DNA of 63,767 nt, counting the filler, from Reticulomyxa filosa (Eukaryota; Protista; Foraminifera): the NCBI GenBank assembly GCA_000512085.1. It is 23 parts of 23 records of this genome, joined end to end, with 100 filler letters (N's around TTAATTAATTAA, not from the genome) between each part and the next. Parts side by side here need not be neighbours in the genome. Positions count along the whole stretch, not along the records: positions 23,569 to 28,437 come from ASPP01005728.1; positions 28,538 to 31,909 come from ASPP01025419.1; positions 32,010 to 35,629 come from ASPP01020708.1; positions 35,730 to 37,185 come from ASPP01006534.1; positions 37,286 to 40,561 come from ASPP01017176.1; 18 more parts are not named here. One strand, 5' to 3'. This document shows, piece after piece, positions 25,469 through 39,737 of the stretch. The notes beneath the pieces were generated by a model. The model saw only the letters and a list, made by a program, of their open reading frames with translations. It was not told the origin of the DNA and searched no databases. Numbering within the stretch: position 1 is the stretch's first letter; each line of letters starts with the position of its first letter. The translations under genes were made by a program, and so were the position numbers.

Positions 25469-27479
25469 TTAATCAACTTTTGGAGCAAACGGGCCAGAAT
25501 ATTCGACAATCGCGTATGGCCATTTCGTTCTGATCAAACCTGTCAACTCTTCCGCAATACCTGGAGGAGGAGCTTCAATATCGGCTTCATCAAATACTCT
25601 CAATTTAGTCAAAAGTGGCCTATCTTTTTTTGTTTGACGCAAACCATTGAAATGATACATGGTAAAATTTTTTGGAGCCTTTGTTTCAGATTTGCTTTTG
25701 TTGGTTTCCTTTGCAGTATCTTCATCAAAGAGAATGATCGGTTGAGAACCTTTGAGGTCATCACAAACTTCACAGTTTTTTTTATTCAAGGGATTCTGAA
25801 AAGTGCATTGTTTGCATTCCCATTTGAGTTTTTCAGGGTGTTTGAGCTGTTGGAAGAATTTCCAAAATTGAACCCATACAATAACTTGTGTGTTATCTGG
25901 GTCCAACAACACTCTACAATCGGACAAATCAAAGTCGAGCTTAATACCTAAATCACTCAGTAATAAGTTAAGATCGCGAAATTGAATGAAGCCATGCTCC
26001 AGCTGGTCGTAAATGGTGAATGCACGCCGCACGGATACTTGTTCGGCATCCTCAACGGATATCTTCCCCACATTTTCGTCCAAAGCAAAGACGACACTGT
26101 AGTGGCTACTGCTGCCAATGACCCAAATAGGATACTTGGGCGTTTTGTAATGTTCCCCGACCTTGGTGTAGCCCATGACTTCCAAGCTGGTCAAAAAGCC
26201 GATTTCTTGATTTGGTCCAATCCCTTTCAAGATGAACAAGTCTTTGGCATTGCCAATGTCAGCCTGCGACATGCTCTCATTGCTCCCAAAGGCCTTATCA
26301 CCGTCATGAGTGTTGCTAACCGCCCGTCCGGACAGCACCAAGTTGACCAACTCTTGCGAGCAATGGCCAAACCTGTGTACATTAGTCATGACATGGGTAG
26401 TGTTTTTTAATGCATATACTATATATATATATTATAAAAGCTATATATATATATATATATATGTGTATCATTATAAAAGTTATATATGTGAATGGTAATA
26501 AAAAAAAAAAAAAAATTTTTTAAAACTGTGGCAAGACCAAAGGTTGTTGGGGTCATCGACCTCACTTAAAAGAATATCAAAGGAACGGGCCATGACAATA
26601 CTGAACAAGAAAGCAACTACTCCAACAGCAGATTGCAACAAAGGCATCGACTCTTCGACCTGCTGTCTGAGTTTTTCAGGGGTTTCGTGCACTCGATACC
26701 ACACTTTCGACCCCTTGTTGTCCAGTGCCACGATCCAAGGCAAGTTGTGTTTGTCGATTGCACATTTCAAGAGAATCTTGTGCAGAGAACGGGTCAGCGC
26801 CTCAGTTTTCTGCTGATCCGTCACAATGACTGGTGTGTCGCTCTCATTTTTCAATTGCACTTTTAGCAAAGGGTCAAACAACAGCTCGCGCAAAACAAAC
26901 CCTTGCACCGAGGCCAAAATACCACAAGGTCCTCCATGCAATTGCAACAGTCCAAATCCCATTTCTTCGTGAGGCACAAATCCAAACCCTTGTTGGTACC
27001 AACGATCTATATCCTTCGTCTCTGCTTCTTTACCCCATATTGTATCTTTCATTCGCTGCAAAGTCTTTGAATCCATTTCGATTATATTTTTCTCATTCTT
27101 CATGTCCTCCGTCTTAAAGTCAAACGGATAAAAAATGTTGTATATTTCACCTTCGGGATCATCCAGAAATGCTTCGTCGTTTTGATTAATCTCTTGTTTC
27201 TTTTCCACATCTATTTTTTTGCTATTGTCTTTGTACTTGTATCCCCCCCCCCCCTTTTTTTTTTCCCCCTCTTCTTTTCTCCCTCCCCCCCCCTCCCCCT
27301 TTCCCTCTTGAGCAATTTTAATAGCGAATTTCTAATCTAAACATACCTTCCAACACGGAAGGCTTGTTGTTGTTCACTTCCGGGTCTAAAGACATATCAC
27401 TACTTGATTTTCTCTCCACCATATTTGTGTCAGTTTCTTGTGGTGGATGATTAAATTGAGATCCAAAGTCAAACGACAT
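25469..27479 (-). CDS. MINDY-3/4 (FAM188) deubiquitinase with EF-hand-like insertion and RanBP2/NZF zinc finger
   Basis: Catalytic 'GLLQLHGGPCGILASVQ', 'HCSQELVNL', 'PKYPIWVIGSSSHYSV', 'HFNGL', 'RTKWP'; EF-hand-like 'AFTIYDQLEHGFI'; 'WECKQCTFQN...CEVC'. Confidence 0.9.
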
Positions 27480-28546
27480 CTATTTTTTTCTATCTGGTGA
27501 TTTCTTCCCCCTTATACTTAAAGTTTGGGGCTAAAGTGCTCTGTTAAGTACAGCACCTGTCCCCAAAAGCTTATAATAGATAAGATTTGGTTTAAAACCC
27601 TACGTAGTCTTATAATTATTTTGTTTTATCATACCACAAAGATAAAAACTAAAATATTGTTTTAACTTTCTTTTTTTGTAGTTTCGAAAATTGGTGAAAA
27701 TTCTATTTATTGAGCCAATTTGTAGCAAAAGTAAAACACTTGCGAAGGACACAAACTGAACGTCATAAAAAACAAGCAAAAAAAATTTAAAAAAAGAAAA
27801 CGAGAAAACAGTAAGCATTGAATCTTTTGAGAATCTATTACGTTTCTTTTAACTGCAAGTAACTTTTCTAGACGGATTATGATTTTGCCTTGATTTTGTT
27901 ATTTCTTTTTACTTCAATGGCCACAGCTTATGTTATCAAAAAGTGAACATTTTGATTGTCTTCGGATAAACTCGAAGATATGCATAAATACAAATTGCAA
28001 AAAGATGACAATTATTTTTTTTTAAGTTAGTATCAAACATTTGCAAACTGCGAGAGCACAACATATCAAATCAAAGTTCTTGTAAAGAGTGTAGAGGCAA
28101 TACAACAGAAGTTTTAGGAACACAATAAAACAACTAAAAAGAGAATTATTCGCACTAAACAATAAATGAAAGTAAAAACAAGCAAGACGTAAGTAAAATA
28201 AAGTGATGATCTTTTTGCACAAGCTTCAAGAGTTAATGAAGAAAAAATGACAACAGCAAATCACAAAACAAAAACAAAAAATTAATGCAACGAAAAAAAA
28301 AGTAAAGTGATAACAAATCATAAGATAGTTTGTCTTCACTGTTTGATAATTATGGACAATCAACTGATATTTGTTACATTCGATTGGCTCTTTTGACCCA
28401 ACAATTCCAACAATAAAAAGACATCAATTTTTTGTAANNNNNNNNNNNNNNNNNNNNNNNNNNNNNNNNNNNNNNNNNNNNTTAATTAATTAANNNNNNN
28501 NNNNNNNNNNNNNNNNNNNNNNNNNNNNNNNNNNNNNTTTTTTTTT

Positions 28547-28581
<35 letters not shown>

Positions 28582-28593
28582 GTTTGAACATTA

Positions 28594-28985
28594 GACGCCA
28601 AGCTGTGGTAAGCGAAGCAGAGTCACAAAAATTGCACTTTGAGGAGAGTAGCAAAATTAATAATAGTAAAATTGGCAACTTGAGTGAAGAACTGAGCGTA
28701 ATGAAAGAGGAAATTTTGCGTTACAAAAAAAAAATGAATGAGTTCAATGAGAAAAGAAAAGAGATTAAAACAGAGCTAGACAAGGAGAAGGAGAAATGTC
28801 GACAAGAGGTGTCCCGTCTTAACCATCTGAACCAAAGCAATGAAAAAACCTATGTTCAGACAAAAAGCGAGTTAGACGCCAAAATTCAAAAACTGAGACA
28901 CAAGAATTCTGCACTAAAGGAAAAACTGGCCGAAAAAGACAAACTTTTGCTAGGGCTGCGCAGTCCTTCCCAACAATTACCATAA
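28594..28985 (+). CDS. C-terminal exon of a coiled-coil protein
   Basis: E/K-rich heptad ORF following a polypyrimidine tract and AG. Confidence 0.55.
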
Positions 28986-30874
28986 ATTTGTTAATGAAGC
29001 AAATCCATTGCAAACTTAGCCACAAAAAAGATGTCACGTTCAACTCTTTTGAACAATGTAAAATTTTCCACTGTTTGAAAAATTAGTTCAACTATTTACT
29101 AGTAGACCGGACCCTTTGGAAAGAAAACTGTAGATTTTTTTTTTTAAAAGAGATTAACCAAACCATTTACATATTTCTTGTGATTTAACTCACACGTAAA
29201 AAAAAATGACTTTTTTACATCTCATTGAAAATAGCAATTTCTTTACCAACAAAAAATATGTAATATTAAGTTTAATACGAGTGTTTGAATCTCGAAGTAC
29301 AATGTGTTCATACAAAAATACATTTTCAATTTCTAATTTTTGGAAATATTTTGAAAGATTTACAATTTGGGGAAAGAAAAAATTTGAATTTTTAAAACTA
29401 AAATGATTTGTCTTAGTTCATGTTAAAAAAAAATCTCACTTTAAACAAATGCAGAACCTGTGAAACTTGCTTATCATTACCAAAAGCATCTGCGTGTGTA
29501 TGATACTCACTGTCAAGTAATGAAGCAATACTTGATATAAATTTGACACCATAATATGATATCCTTATCTCAAAAATCATATTTAATTGACAAAAAAAAA
29601 GACTAAACAAAGCATTATGGTAATTTAAAAAATTACAAAATGTGTTATTCACATTTACATCAATTGATATTGAAAACATTTGTTTGTTATAGAACAAAAA
29701 AAGTATACACATATATTGTAAATATATAAATTTTAAATTTTAATTATACTTCGGATCATATAACGTGAATTACACTTTTATAACTTTTTATTTTTTTAAA
29801 AAATAAAATAATATATTATAGTTATTCGATAACGAAATTGATTTTTCAATTTAAAAATTAGATAAAAATAAAAATTTGTAAATATTTCTTTCATTCGTTA
29901 TATGATTGGAACATAAAACAAAACCAAAGATTGTTTTCTTTTTATTTTCTTCATAGATGGTAAAAAATTAGAAGCAACAAATGTGTTTGAACATTTGATT
30001 CTTCAGAAAAATTTGTAGAATTTGGGAAAAGTCTTCAAAACGCGATAATATTGAAATCTATGTTAAGGTTAATCATTTTTGGTTTTTTAAACATTTTTCA
30101 GTCATCTTCACACAAGCCTGTAATCGATTTTACAGTCGTCTTTTTTTCAATGTTCTTTTCAAAAAAAAAGGCAATCAAACAACCAGTGATAACTTGTTCA
30201 ACTCTTTTATTACCAAAACAATACATAAACATATAATAGAGATTGAAAGGACATAATTGCTTTCATTCTTGTTTTTGTTATGCTATCAATTATTTTTTAT
30301 GTTATGATACTGTATTTATACGTCAACACTACAACACGATGTTCTTCATTGGAAATTGATATTTGTATTTTTTTCATATCAAACAATTTCAATAGTATAT
30401 TACTCTGTCATACAAAATCTTAAGCAAAAAATAATTTTCAAAAAAAGAAGTGTAACGAATGTAAAATTAAAATGGTATAAATGATTCGTAATTTTCTGTT
30501 GACTGTCCATTGTGATAAATGTAAAAAAAAAAAAAAATTATATAAATAGAATGCCCTTGACTTGGGCAAGATTTGGGTGTATTTCCAGGCTGCAGCATCG
30601 ACTTTGAATTTACATTTATATGTCCTGTTTGTGTCACATGCATGACACGTTTTATAATTATTATTTTTTTAATAAGCAACTTTTCACAGTGAAACAGTTT
30701 CTGGCATCAAAAAATTTAGAAATCAATTAATTAGAATTGAAAAAATATTGTAGCACAATTTAACATTTGCAGCCAAATATACTTGCTGTTTTATTTTCTT
30801 AAACATTTGTTTCGAAAGCTTAGGTTTTTGTGATCATCCTCACAAGTTAAAATTTTTTTGACAGAAACTTCGAT

Positions 30875-31860
30875 TTAAAAGTATTCATCAGACTCCATAG
30901 ACATTGCCTCTCCAGGTTGCATTGATTGCAAAATTTGTTTAACCATGTCTCTTTTTTCTTTCTGGGACTGTTCTAACTCATCGTCTACCGTTTGTTCATA
31001 CGAACTTAACTGTTCACTTTCCAAACGTAATATTTTTTGGTATTCCTTCCGACAGTTTGCTAACTCTTCTTCCAGTTTGTTGACTTTTTCTTCTTGTTCT
31101 TTCCAATCTAGGAACAACACGTGTGCTGTAATTTAAATTTAACGTAAAAAAACAGTTTGCCATGGGATTTAGTTTTTTTGTGATTAGCGTGTTCACACTA
31201 TATGTATGAAATCGTTCAAATGAAGCAATAAAAAACTGACCATCAATGGGGTCATCATTTTGACTCTCAAATGTCAATGTAAATTTTAGCGTAGTATCTG
31301 GACACTTGTAAGTCGACATTTGTAAGTACTGTTGCACAAACTCGCAGTGCCCAAAAACCATTATTTCGCGCTTGACATGGGTCGAGACAATGTCTTTTTT
31401 CATGTCTATAGCAAGTTGATACTTTTGTTGAATTGCACTTATGTTGTCAGAGCTAATGTTTGGCACAATGATTGTTGCACCTGCCTTCCAATGGTCAATG
31501 GTCACAAATGACGGTACCCACCCAATTGTCCAACGAGCACATGTATGGACAATTCGGAGTTGCAATACGCCGTTGAAAAGCTGTTTTGACTTTGGATACG
31601 TTGCAATAAGCATGAAAAGATACTTTGAGCCAAAGTGTCATAATAATTCTATGCAAATCCAAAAAAAGAAAAATACTCTAGTTGTTTTTTTTTTTTTTTT
31701 TTGCTGTTGTTGAAACAACGTACACATGCACCCTCCAAAAAACACATGCATTAAAAACAAAGTCTTTGTCTTCAATTGGAACACTCCAAAACAAAGCTAC
31801 AAACGAATTGCTCATTCGATTAAATATCGTGTTTGCTTTGTCTTTAAATTGCTCCTATAA
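30875..31860 (-). CDS. Unknown protein, 3' exons, ending in a coiled coil
   Basis: ORFs 31014-31613 and 30875-31120 with intron-like gaps; no family recognised. Confidence 0.5.
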
Positions 31861-32129
31861 TATATACATGTATTTTATATACGTATGTGTACGTATACGC
31901 CACTCCATTNNNNNNNNNNNNNNNNNNNNNNNNNNNNNNNNNNNNNNNNNNNNTTAATTAATTAANNNNNNNNNNNNNNNNNNNNNNNNNNNNNNNNNNN
32001 NNNNNNNNNTTTTTTTTAAGTGGTTCATTTATTTTATTTTATTTTTTTTATTAATACGTAACTCTCTCATCGAACCCCTTTTCCCTTTTGCTTGCGGATA
32101 TGCACATATACTTTTTTTTTTTTTGCCCG

Positions 32130-33157
32130 CTTGGGCTTTTTTTCACAAAACATGCGCAAGGCAATTGTGACTGAGGGAAAAAGGTCTTTCCGAAGAGAAT
32201 TTATGCGTATGTTGTGGTAGAGAGGAGCAAAAAGTTAATCGTCAAGAAAGGTAGGAATGCGGAGAATATGGGAGGGGGGGGGGAGAAAAAAAAAAGTGGT
32301 GAAAAGTAGCAGACTGCAAATACCTATCCATGAAACTGATTCCTTTGTTTTTTCGCTCGGTTTCCATGATTCTACACACAAGTTTTCGTGGAAGTTAAAA
32401 CAGAAATCTTAGATTAAGTAACAAATCAGAAAAAATATTTACTTCCAAAAAAAAAAAAGGGCTACGGCCAAGGGCACTAAAACAAACTGTAGTACAGCTA
32501 TATACTTAATCCAATACATATTTGTCAGGGGTTATTCTTTGGAGAATGCTATCAAAAACATAAAGCAAAACTTCAACAAAGCAGACGCTCTTTATAACAA
32601 AGTGAGTACTCCTTTTTCTTGTTTTCGTAAGAAAGCATTCTCGAAAGTGCGAATTATCATGCTTATGACATCGGAAATTACTCTAATATTTGAGCGGAAC
32701 TTTTGAAAGGGAAAGAAATGGCCCCCTAACATACTTTGCTCAGCTCTTACAAAAGTAATCTTACAATTGAACAAAATGTTTCGATGATTTGAGTTATGGA
32801 AGGAAAAAAAAAATCAAACTTAGATCGTTTGTCAAAAATATTTTTTCCTCATTAAGACATTATTCATTTTGTATTTTTGTCATTGTCCTTGTTTGTAGGA
32901 TTGTTCGTGCTATTTTTTGTGTTTGTTCCTGTTCCTTTATCAGGAACCGTAGGCAAATGAGACGTTTGTAGCTTTGGGCTGTGTTGCAATTGCGATTCGG
33001 GCAAGGTAAATTCTCCCAAATAATTTGCTGCTCTTTCTATATCAGTACCGCACGTTTTCACTGCTTTTACACAATCTTCCCATGGAAATCCCATATTGGC
33101 CAATTTCAGTGCGGCTTGAGTTTGTTCTTCTGTTAGTTCCACTAAACACAACCACAC
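32130..33157 (-). CDS. UBA-domain protein, fragmented or multi-exon
   Basis: 'KLANMGFPWEDCVKAVKTCGTDIERAANYL' is a UBA domain (MGF motif); the downstream extent is uncertain. Confidence 0.6.
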
Positions 33158-33639
33158 AGTCTACGCTTTCAACTCAGACAAGAAAGGGGAAAAGTGAGGA
33201 AAAATACACAACCTTCTTCAAGCTCTTCAATTTTTAAGATATCTTTTTTGCTTGATTTTGTTGAATTTTCATCTTTGGCCATATTATTTTTGTTTTTTGT
33301 GTCTTAATAGATGTTTGTCCCAAAGGGAGGGGGTTTTTTTTTTAGATTTATAAAAAAAAAAGAAATGTCTTTTTTAGACGGAAAAAATTTGCTTAGTGTA
33401 TCACTAAGTGAAACGAAATTAATTTTTACACAGTATCGAATGAGTGAGTTTAAAAGTTTATTTTAAAAGTCGACAATGTTTTCTATATCGCTAAAAAATT
33501 TACGTATATATAGTTTTACATTACGACGGAATGTTGAAGAAATATGAAAGAAAAAGCATTCTTGAAATTGCGAAGTAAGGACAAGATCCGTTATTTTATT
33601 GTACAAAAAGTTTTTAAAAACACGACGCAGAGAGCAAGT

Positions 33640-35487
33640 TTAGTTTAACAAGTCTTGTGCCATTTCCAGAGAACCGTTGTTTGGAGATGGCGTAATATCA
33701 CCCAAAATTTTACAAACCAATTCATAAATGTGAACATTGCTCATTTGGCTTTTGGTGTAATTTTGTTTAAAAGAAGGGCCTTTTGCAACGAACAAGGCAC
33801 TCATAGGACTTTCCGTATTATTCCAGCCATGGTTGCCTTTCAGCGAAGTCCAAGTTTGATTCTGTTCAAGACAAGGCAATGTATACGTACTCATACATAC
33901 ATATATATATATTTGTACATATAAAAATATAAACATGAAATAAGACATGCACATTTATTTATCAAAGAAAACAGAAAATGATTTACAAACTGAGACGGAT
34001 GGGGGGATATCAGTCCACTTAAAATTGTATCCTATGTTAGTGACAGCCAAAATATCAGGAATGCGATGATGATACCCTGGCATGTTGTAATTCCACGCAG
34101 GTGGGATGTCGTCCCTTTTCCAAATTTGGAATAGATCTTCTTGCAGTGGGTCCACAACGCTGGCGGTGAACATGTTCACCCAAGTGTCCAAATCAGCGTC
34201 GCTCGCGTTTCCAGTGTAGTAGAAGGCGAACAAAGGAGAATAGGAGCTGACATAAAAATCGCCAGAGCTCATGTCAAAGGGATTAAATATGGTCGAGTTC
34301 ATGTCAATCACGCCTTCGATTGAGGCCATTCCATGGTCGGCGACTATTATCAAGTCGGTTGTGCTGGTTAAATCGTGTTCGTCCATTTGACGTAGTAAAT
34401 CTCCAATGTACCAGTCTACCGCTTGTGTTTCTTGTGCAGTCTTTGTAAGCAAGCCAAACAAGTGATATAAAAAAAAATGGACTCTTTAAATATATATATA
34501 TATGTATATGTATACATATATACATATATATAAATATATATATATATGTACATATATACATATATGTATATATGTACATATATATGTATATATACATATA
34601 TATATACATATATACATATATGTTTATATATTTTACCACTTCTACAATAGGTCCAAATTCATGCCCGTCGTGATCTGGCTGGTCGAAATAAGTCATAATC
34701 AATTGGTAACCTTTGAGCATGAGATCAATGGTCGTGTTGACGCGCTTTGCAAACGAATACGATTGATTGAAGGGCAGATACCAATCGGGATATCCTTCGC
34801 CAGAGCAATTTTGTGAGCCTCCGACCCAGAACAACGACGCCGATTTCAACCCCAGCTTCTCATTACCATTCACGTGAACTGTGCTCCACAGTGGCGTTCC
34901 TCGGTACCAAAACCCCGTCGTGTCCACCGTGCTCATATTAAATTCCTTTCGTGTCGTCGGGTCAAACATTGAGTTCAACACGATGCCATGTGATGCTGGG
35001 TATAGCCCGGTTGCTATACTGGATATGTACATACACACATATATATAAAGGCATACATATATCATTCATATTCTTTTTTTTTTTTCTCCCTTCCTTATTT
35101 ATTTATTTTTTTTTTTAAGACGTATACGTCGCAGCAGCACCTGTAATGATTAGGAAAAGTCAGCGATGGAAATGAAGGTATCAACCGTTGAATATACGCC
35201 CCGGTGCTAATCAGATAATCCAAGTTTGGTGTCGTCACGTTAAACTTTGATTGGTAGTCCTTGGACAGATACGAGGCACGAAATCCGTCCAACGAGATAA
35301 TCACCACACGATGGTTTGTGTTGTTGTTGTCATCCTTTTTGCCAATTGTAAAGACAAGGGCCAGTGTCAACGCTACTACCACAAGAGTACCTATAACTCC
35401 TCCCCAAATAACAACGCGCTTTGTTGTACATGTAGTTGAGCCTTCTAACGCTTCGTAAGAGCCTCGTCTCTTCTGAAAATTGCACAT
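33640..35487 (-). CDS. Ectonucleotide pyrophosphatase/phosphodiesterase (ENPP family), type II membrane protein, 4 exons
   Basis: N-terminal TM helix; 'ISLDGFR', 'PSLTFPNHY|[14 protein letters not shown]', 'DQPDHDGH', 'VADHGM', 'GNHGWNN'. Confidence 0.93.
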
Positions 35488-35809
35488 ATCTACAATTGAA
35501 GGAAGAGTTATAAATAAATAAGTGATAGTCCAAACTTAAAAAAACTGGTCCCTATTACAAACGCATTGGCAGAAGGAGTTGCAGAAAAAATATGTATTAA
35601 AAAAAAAAAAAAAAACGCAAAGATCGAAANNNNNNNNNNNNNNNNNNNNNNNNNNNNNNNNNNNNNNNNNNNNTTAATTAATTAANNNNNNNNNNNNNNN
35701 NNNNNNNNNNNNNNNNNNNNNNNNNNNNNTTATCTTAATAAATAAATAAATAAATAAAAAAAAAAGTTTTGACAACAACAACAATGCACACCGACTGATA
35801 TTAATCGAA

Positions 35810-37075
35810 ATGTGCAAACGCCGAGAAATTGCAAGAATTTTATTGAACGATGAAGAACTGGAACGTCCGCAAGGATCCCAGTCCGTGGCAACCTCATTTT
35901 ATGGGGAGAGTGGTGTTCGTAATGACCAGATGACGACAACAGTGACAGCCACAGCAACAGTCACAGCAACAATAGCAACAGTCACAGCAACAACAGCGAC
36001 AACAAAGATACGAGAGGAAGAGAAAAGGAAAAACAAAAACAAGGAAGGAGAAGGAGAAGACAGAAACGACAATGCCAATGCGAAAAAAAATAGATTTCAG
36101 TTTTGGTCGTTTGAAAAAATAGCAAGAAAAACAGCACACTAATCGATACGCACACAAAAGTTGGATCGAATGATGACGTGACAAACGATAATAAAAAATA
36201 ATAATAATAATAATAATAATAATAATTGTAACAACAATCCTAATGAGCACCATAAACTTCATTCTTTTCCAGCCAAACACCGCTTTTTCCGATGGATGAC
36301 TTGCGCGAATAAAAAGGACTGGAGTCACAGCAGCGTCATTGACGTGTCTGGTCGCGTCGCGGATATGGATTTCAAGGAAGATACACTGTGTTCCAATCAC
36401 ACCAGCGACGGCGATAACGACAATGACAATGACAATGACAACAACAATAACAACAACAACAACATTGATAATGAAAATGACGATGAGGATAATCACCATC
36501 ATGACAATGGGGTCTACTCGAATAGGCCCAAATATGGAGTATATAGCTACCGAAGCTATGCACTGCCACCGCTATCTTTGGAGACCCTGTTTGATAATGC
36601 TCTGTATTCGGCCACTGTCGTCGACACCAAGTGTCATAATTGCCGTTGTCATTGTCACAGCCGCTCCTATCTTGCTAACAACAATAATAATAATGACGGT
36701 GATGATGATGACGGTGATGACAATGGCGATGATGACTACTATTACTACTACTATTGCGATGATGATAACAACAACAGCAACAATAACGGTAACAGCAATA
36801 ACAATAATAATCACAATAATAATAATAATAATAACAACAACAACAACAACAATAATAATAACAATAACAATAACAATAACAACAACAACAACAATAATAA
36901 TTACCACCACAGTGGCCATCGCATAGACAACCATGCATTTGAATACGACGATATGTGGAATCCCTTGGGCTGGGAATTGGATGTCCCATCGGATGATATT
37001 GTCTCTGAAATGCTTCGACATGCTGACAACACTGAGTTTGCTATTTCTCAAGATGCTTACACCATCGTCGAAGTA
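35810..37075 (+). CDS. Unknown protein fragment with T/A, N and D homorepeats
   Basis: ORFs 35810-36142 and 36296-37102 with trinucleotide-repeat-encoded poly-N/D and GT donor sites. Confidence 0.5.
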
Positions 37076-37146
37076 TGTGTGTATATGTTTGTATACGTAT
37101 GACTTGTCCATTTATTTCTTTTGAAAATACAAATCCTCACATATAC

Positions 37147-37185
<39 letters not shown>

Positions 37186-37405
37186 NNNNNNNNNNNNNNN
37201 NNNNNNNNNNNNNNNNNNNNNNNNNNNNNTTAATTAATTAANNNNNNNNNNNNNNNNNNNNNNNNNNNNNNNNNNNNNNNNNNNNTTTTAACACTTTATA
37301 TATATATATATATATATAAAGTGTTAAAACAAAAAAAATAAATAATAATAATAATAATAATAAGCAACACTAAACTAAACTAAACTAAATTACAAATTAG
37401 AGATA

Positions 37406-37954
37406 ATGCGTCAGGTGGCCACGATATTCAACTTGGTCGGTGTGATGTCACTGCTGGTTGCACTGGCGACATGGTTTGGATACTTTTCTCGTACGGTGGC
37501 AAACTTTATCGAATCGTCCACGTTTGGAAATTGCTTCAATCAAAACGCCGAGATTGGCACGTCTGTAATCTTGCTGATAACGGCGTGGATCTTGCTGGGC
37601 ATGGCGACGGTGTCCACGTGCTATTGCGAAAACTCTCCCAAGGTGTGGTATCAATACTTGAATAGGGTGCGCAAGGTGTCGTTTAAACCCTCGCCCAATG
37701 CTGGCGGCAACTCGGACATGTCGTCGCTGCACGGCGGAATGGCCAGCGCTCTGCTGTCCAGTCCTCCTCCGCCGCAGGACGGACCGGAAACCCCTTTGCT
37801 CATGTCTCAATCCAACCATCCCGCCACCGCTGACACCACTGACGAATACGTTGTCTATGACGAACTCTCCCCTACTGCTAACGATCCCTTGCCTTCTCAC
37901 GCGCATAGCATCAATGTCACACAAAGTCCGGCCTACGCGGAACTCGATGAGGGA

Positions 37955-37999
<45 letters not shown>

Positions 38000-38117
38000 G
38001 ATAACGATGGTGATGGTGATGGTGATGATGATGGGGATGGGGATGACGATGGGGATGGCGATAATGACAATGACAATGACAATGATAATGACAATGATAA
38101 TGACAATGATGAGGATG

Positions 38118-38148
<31 letters not shown>

Positions 38149-38278
38149 CGATGATGACAATAATGACAATAACGATGATGATGAAAATGATAATAAAAAG
38201 GACAATGACGATAAGAAAGATGCTGAGGGTGACAATAATAATAAGAATAATAATAATAGTACTAATAATGCGGATTGA
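37406..38278 (+). CDS. Membrane protein, 3' exon: two TM helices (claudin/tetraspan-like end) and a very acidic D/N-rich tail
   Basis: Hydrophobic segments 'IFNLVGVMSLLVALATWFGY' and 'IGTSVILLITAWILLGMA'; ~100-aa Asp-rich C-terminus. Confidence 0.65.
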
Positions 38279-39737
38279 TAACCTTATTCCAAAAAAAAAA
38301 AAATCAAATCTTCAAATGCACCACACATATACAATTATCTTTTTCTCATTTCTCTACCTTGTTTCATTTCATTGTTGTCATTAACAAACAAAGTGAAAAT
38401 AAATTACACATTGTTTTTTTGCAAAAAAAAAAATTAATTTTTTTTTTGAGAGTAATTATCTTTTCTTATTTGTAAACAAAGTTGTCGAAAAAAACAATCG
38501 TAAGGCTTCCTACTTGTAACAATTCCGTTTGCAACAAAAATGTTTATAGTATGTCTAATTCATTTCATTTGCAAAAACTTTGCTTAAACACTATTGTGCT
38601 TGTTCCTCTGCAAAGCATTATACTAAAAAAACAAAAACAGGATTCCTTTTTGATTTTAACCAAGAGAAGAAGATAACCTAATGCAATCGAACGTTTAAGT
38701 TGTTCTCAAGAGCACAAAAAAGCTAGCTAATCGTAGCATGAAAAACTCTTCTAAATATACACCTTCAAGCAAGCAGACAAACAACAAAAACTTAAAAACC
38801 TTTCTTCTTCCGTCTAATCAGTTCATTGGCATCAGGTTCTACTTTCCTCTTACTGTGCATATCTCTTCAACTCTGTTGGTACTTTGTTGACATCGAATAT
38901 CAAAAGTTATTAGTCAATGCTCAATGAAATGGCAACAAGTGACAGTATCGAAAAGATGGATCAATTACAATGTTCGAATTAGATATACCATTCAACTATC
39001 CACACAAACGCAAACATTCAATTGTTATTCGAATCTATTTTTTGAAAACATAAATACGAGAATGTAATTTGTTATTTCATATGTTATTCCTTTGAGCAAA
39101 CGAAAATATTGAACTCTTGTTCATCTTATGATTTTTTAGTATATGTAAATGTTAATATTACAGAAGTTTTTTATTTATGTTTTTTCCAAATAAATCAAAA
39201 CATATCATATTCATGAAATTTTACACTGATATTAACATATCTATCAATTCCAAGGATATTGGAAAACAACATGTGTCTGTCTAACATCAACAAATTAAAC
39301 AATAATCACATACAAACAACAGCATCATAATGACACATCATTGTGTATTGTTTTGCAGAACGGGCAGTTCTATTAAGTAGAATAAATCAAATATTAAACT
39401 GTTTAAAACATTATTATAATTTTATTGTTATTTTTATTGATAACAGATAATACACAATCATTGCATTAAAAAAATACTTCTTTTCAAAATTATTTCCTTT
39501 TTATTGGTTTGTTCCTCATATTGTGCTCTTATTTGCGCAAATTTTTGATTGAGATATCATATTATCTTTATAAAAGTAGTATTTAGTATGCAGTTGTAAA
39601 GATCGCAAACATAAAATAGTAGAGAATTTCATAAGAGAATACTATTTTTCACAAAAAGAATACTTGATGATGCTTTATTTACACAAAAACAAGAGCCAAT
39701 CAAAAAAAGAATTTGTAATATTACATCTCATAAAAAA

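Noticed and set aside
37286-37329. Short perfect palindrome TTTTAACACTT(TA)nAAGTGTTAAAA
   Set aside because: It sits at a contig edge around a self-complementary (TA)n, so it is likely an assembly fold-back.
35894-38384. Poly-M, poly-C, poly-I/V and poly-S ORFs
   Set aside because: Alternative-frame and antisense readings of GAT/AAT/AAC trinucleotide repeats.
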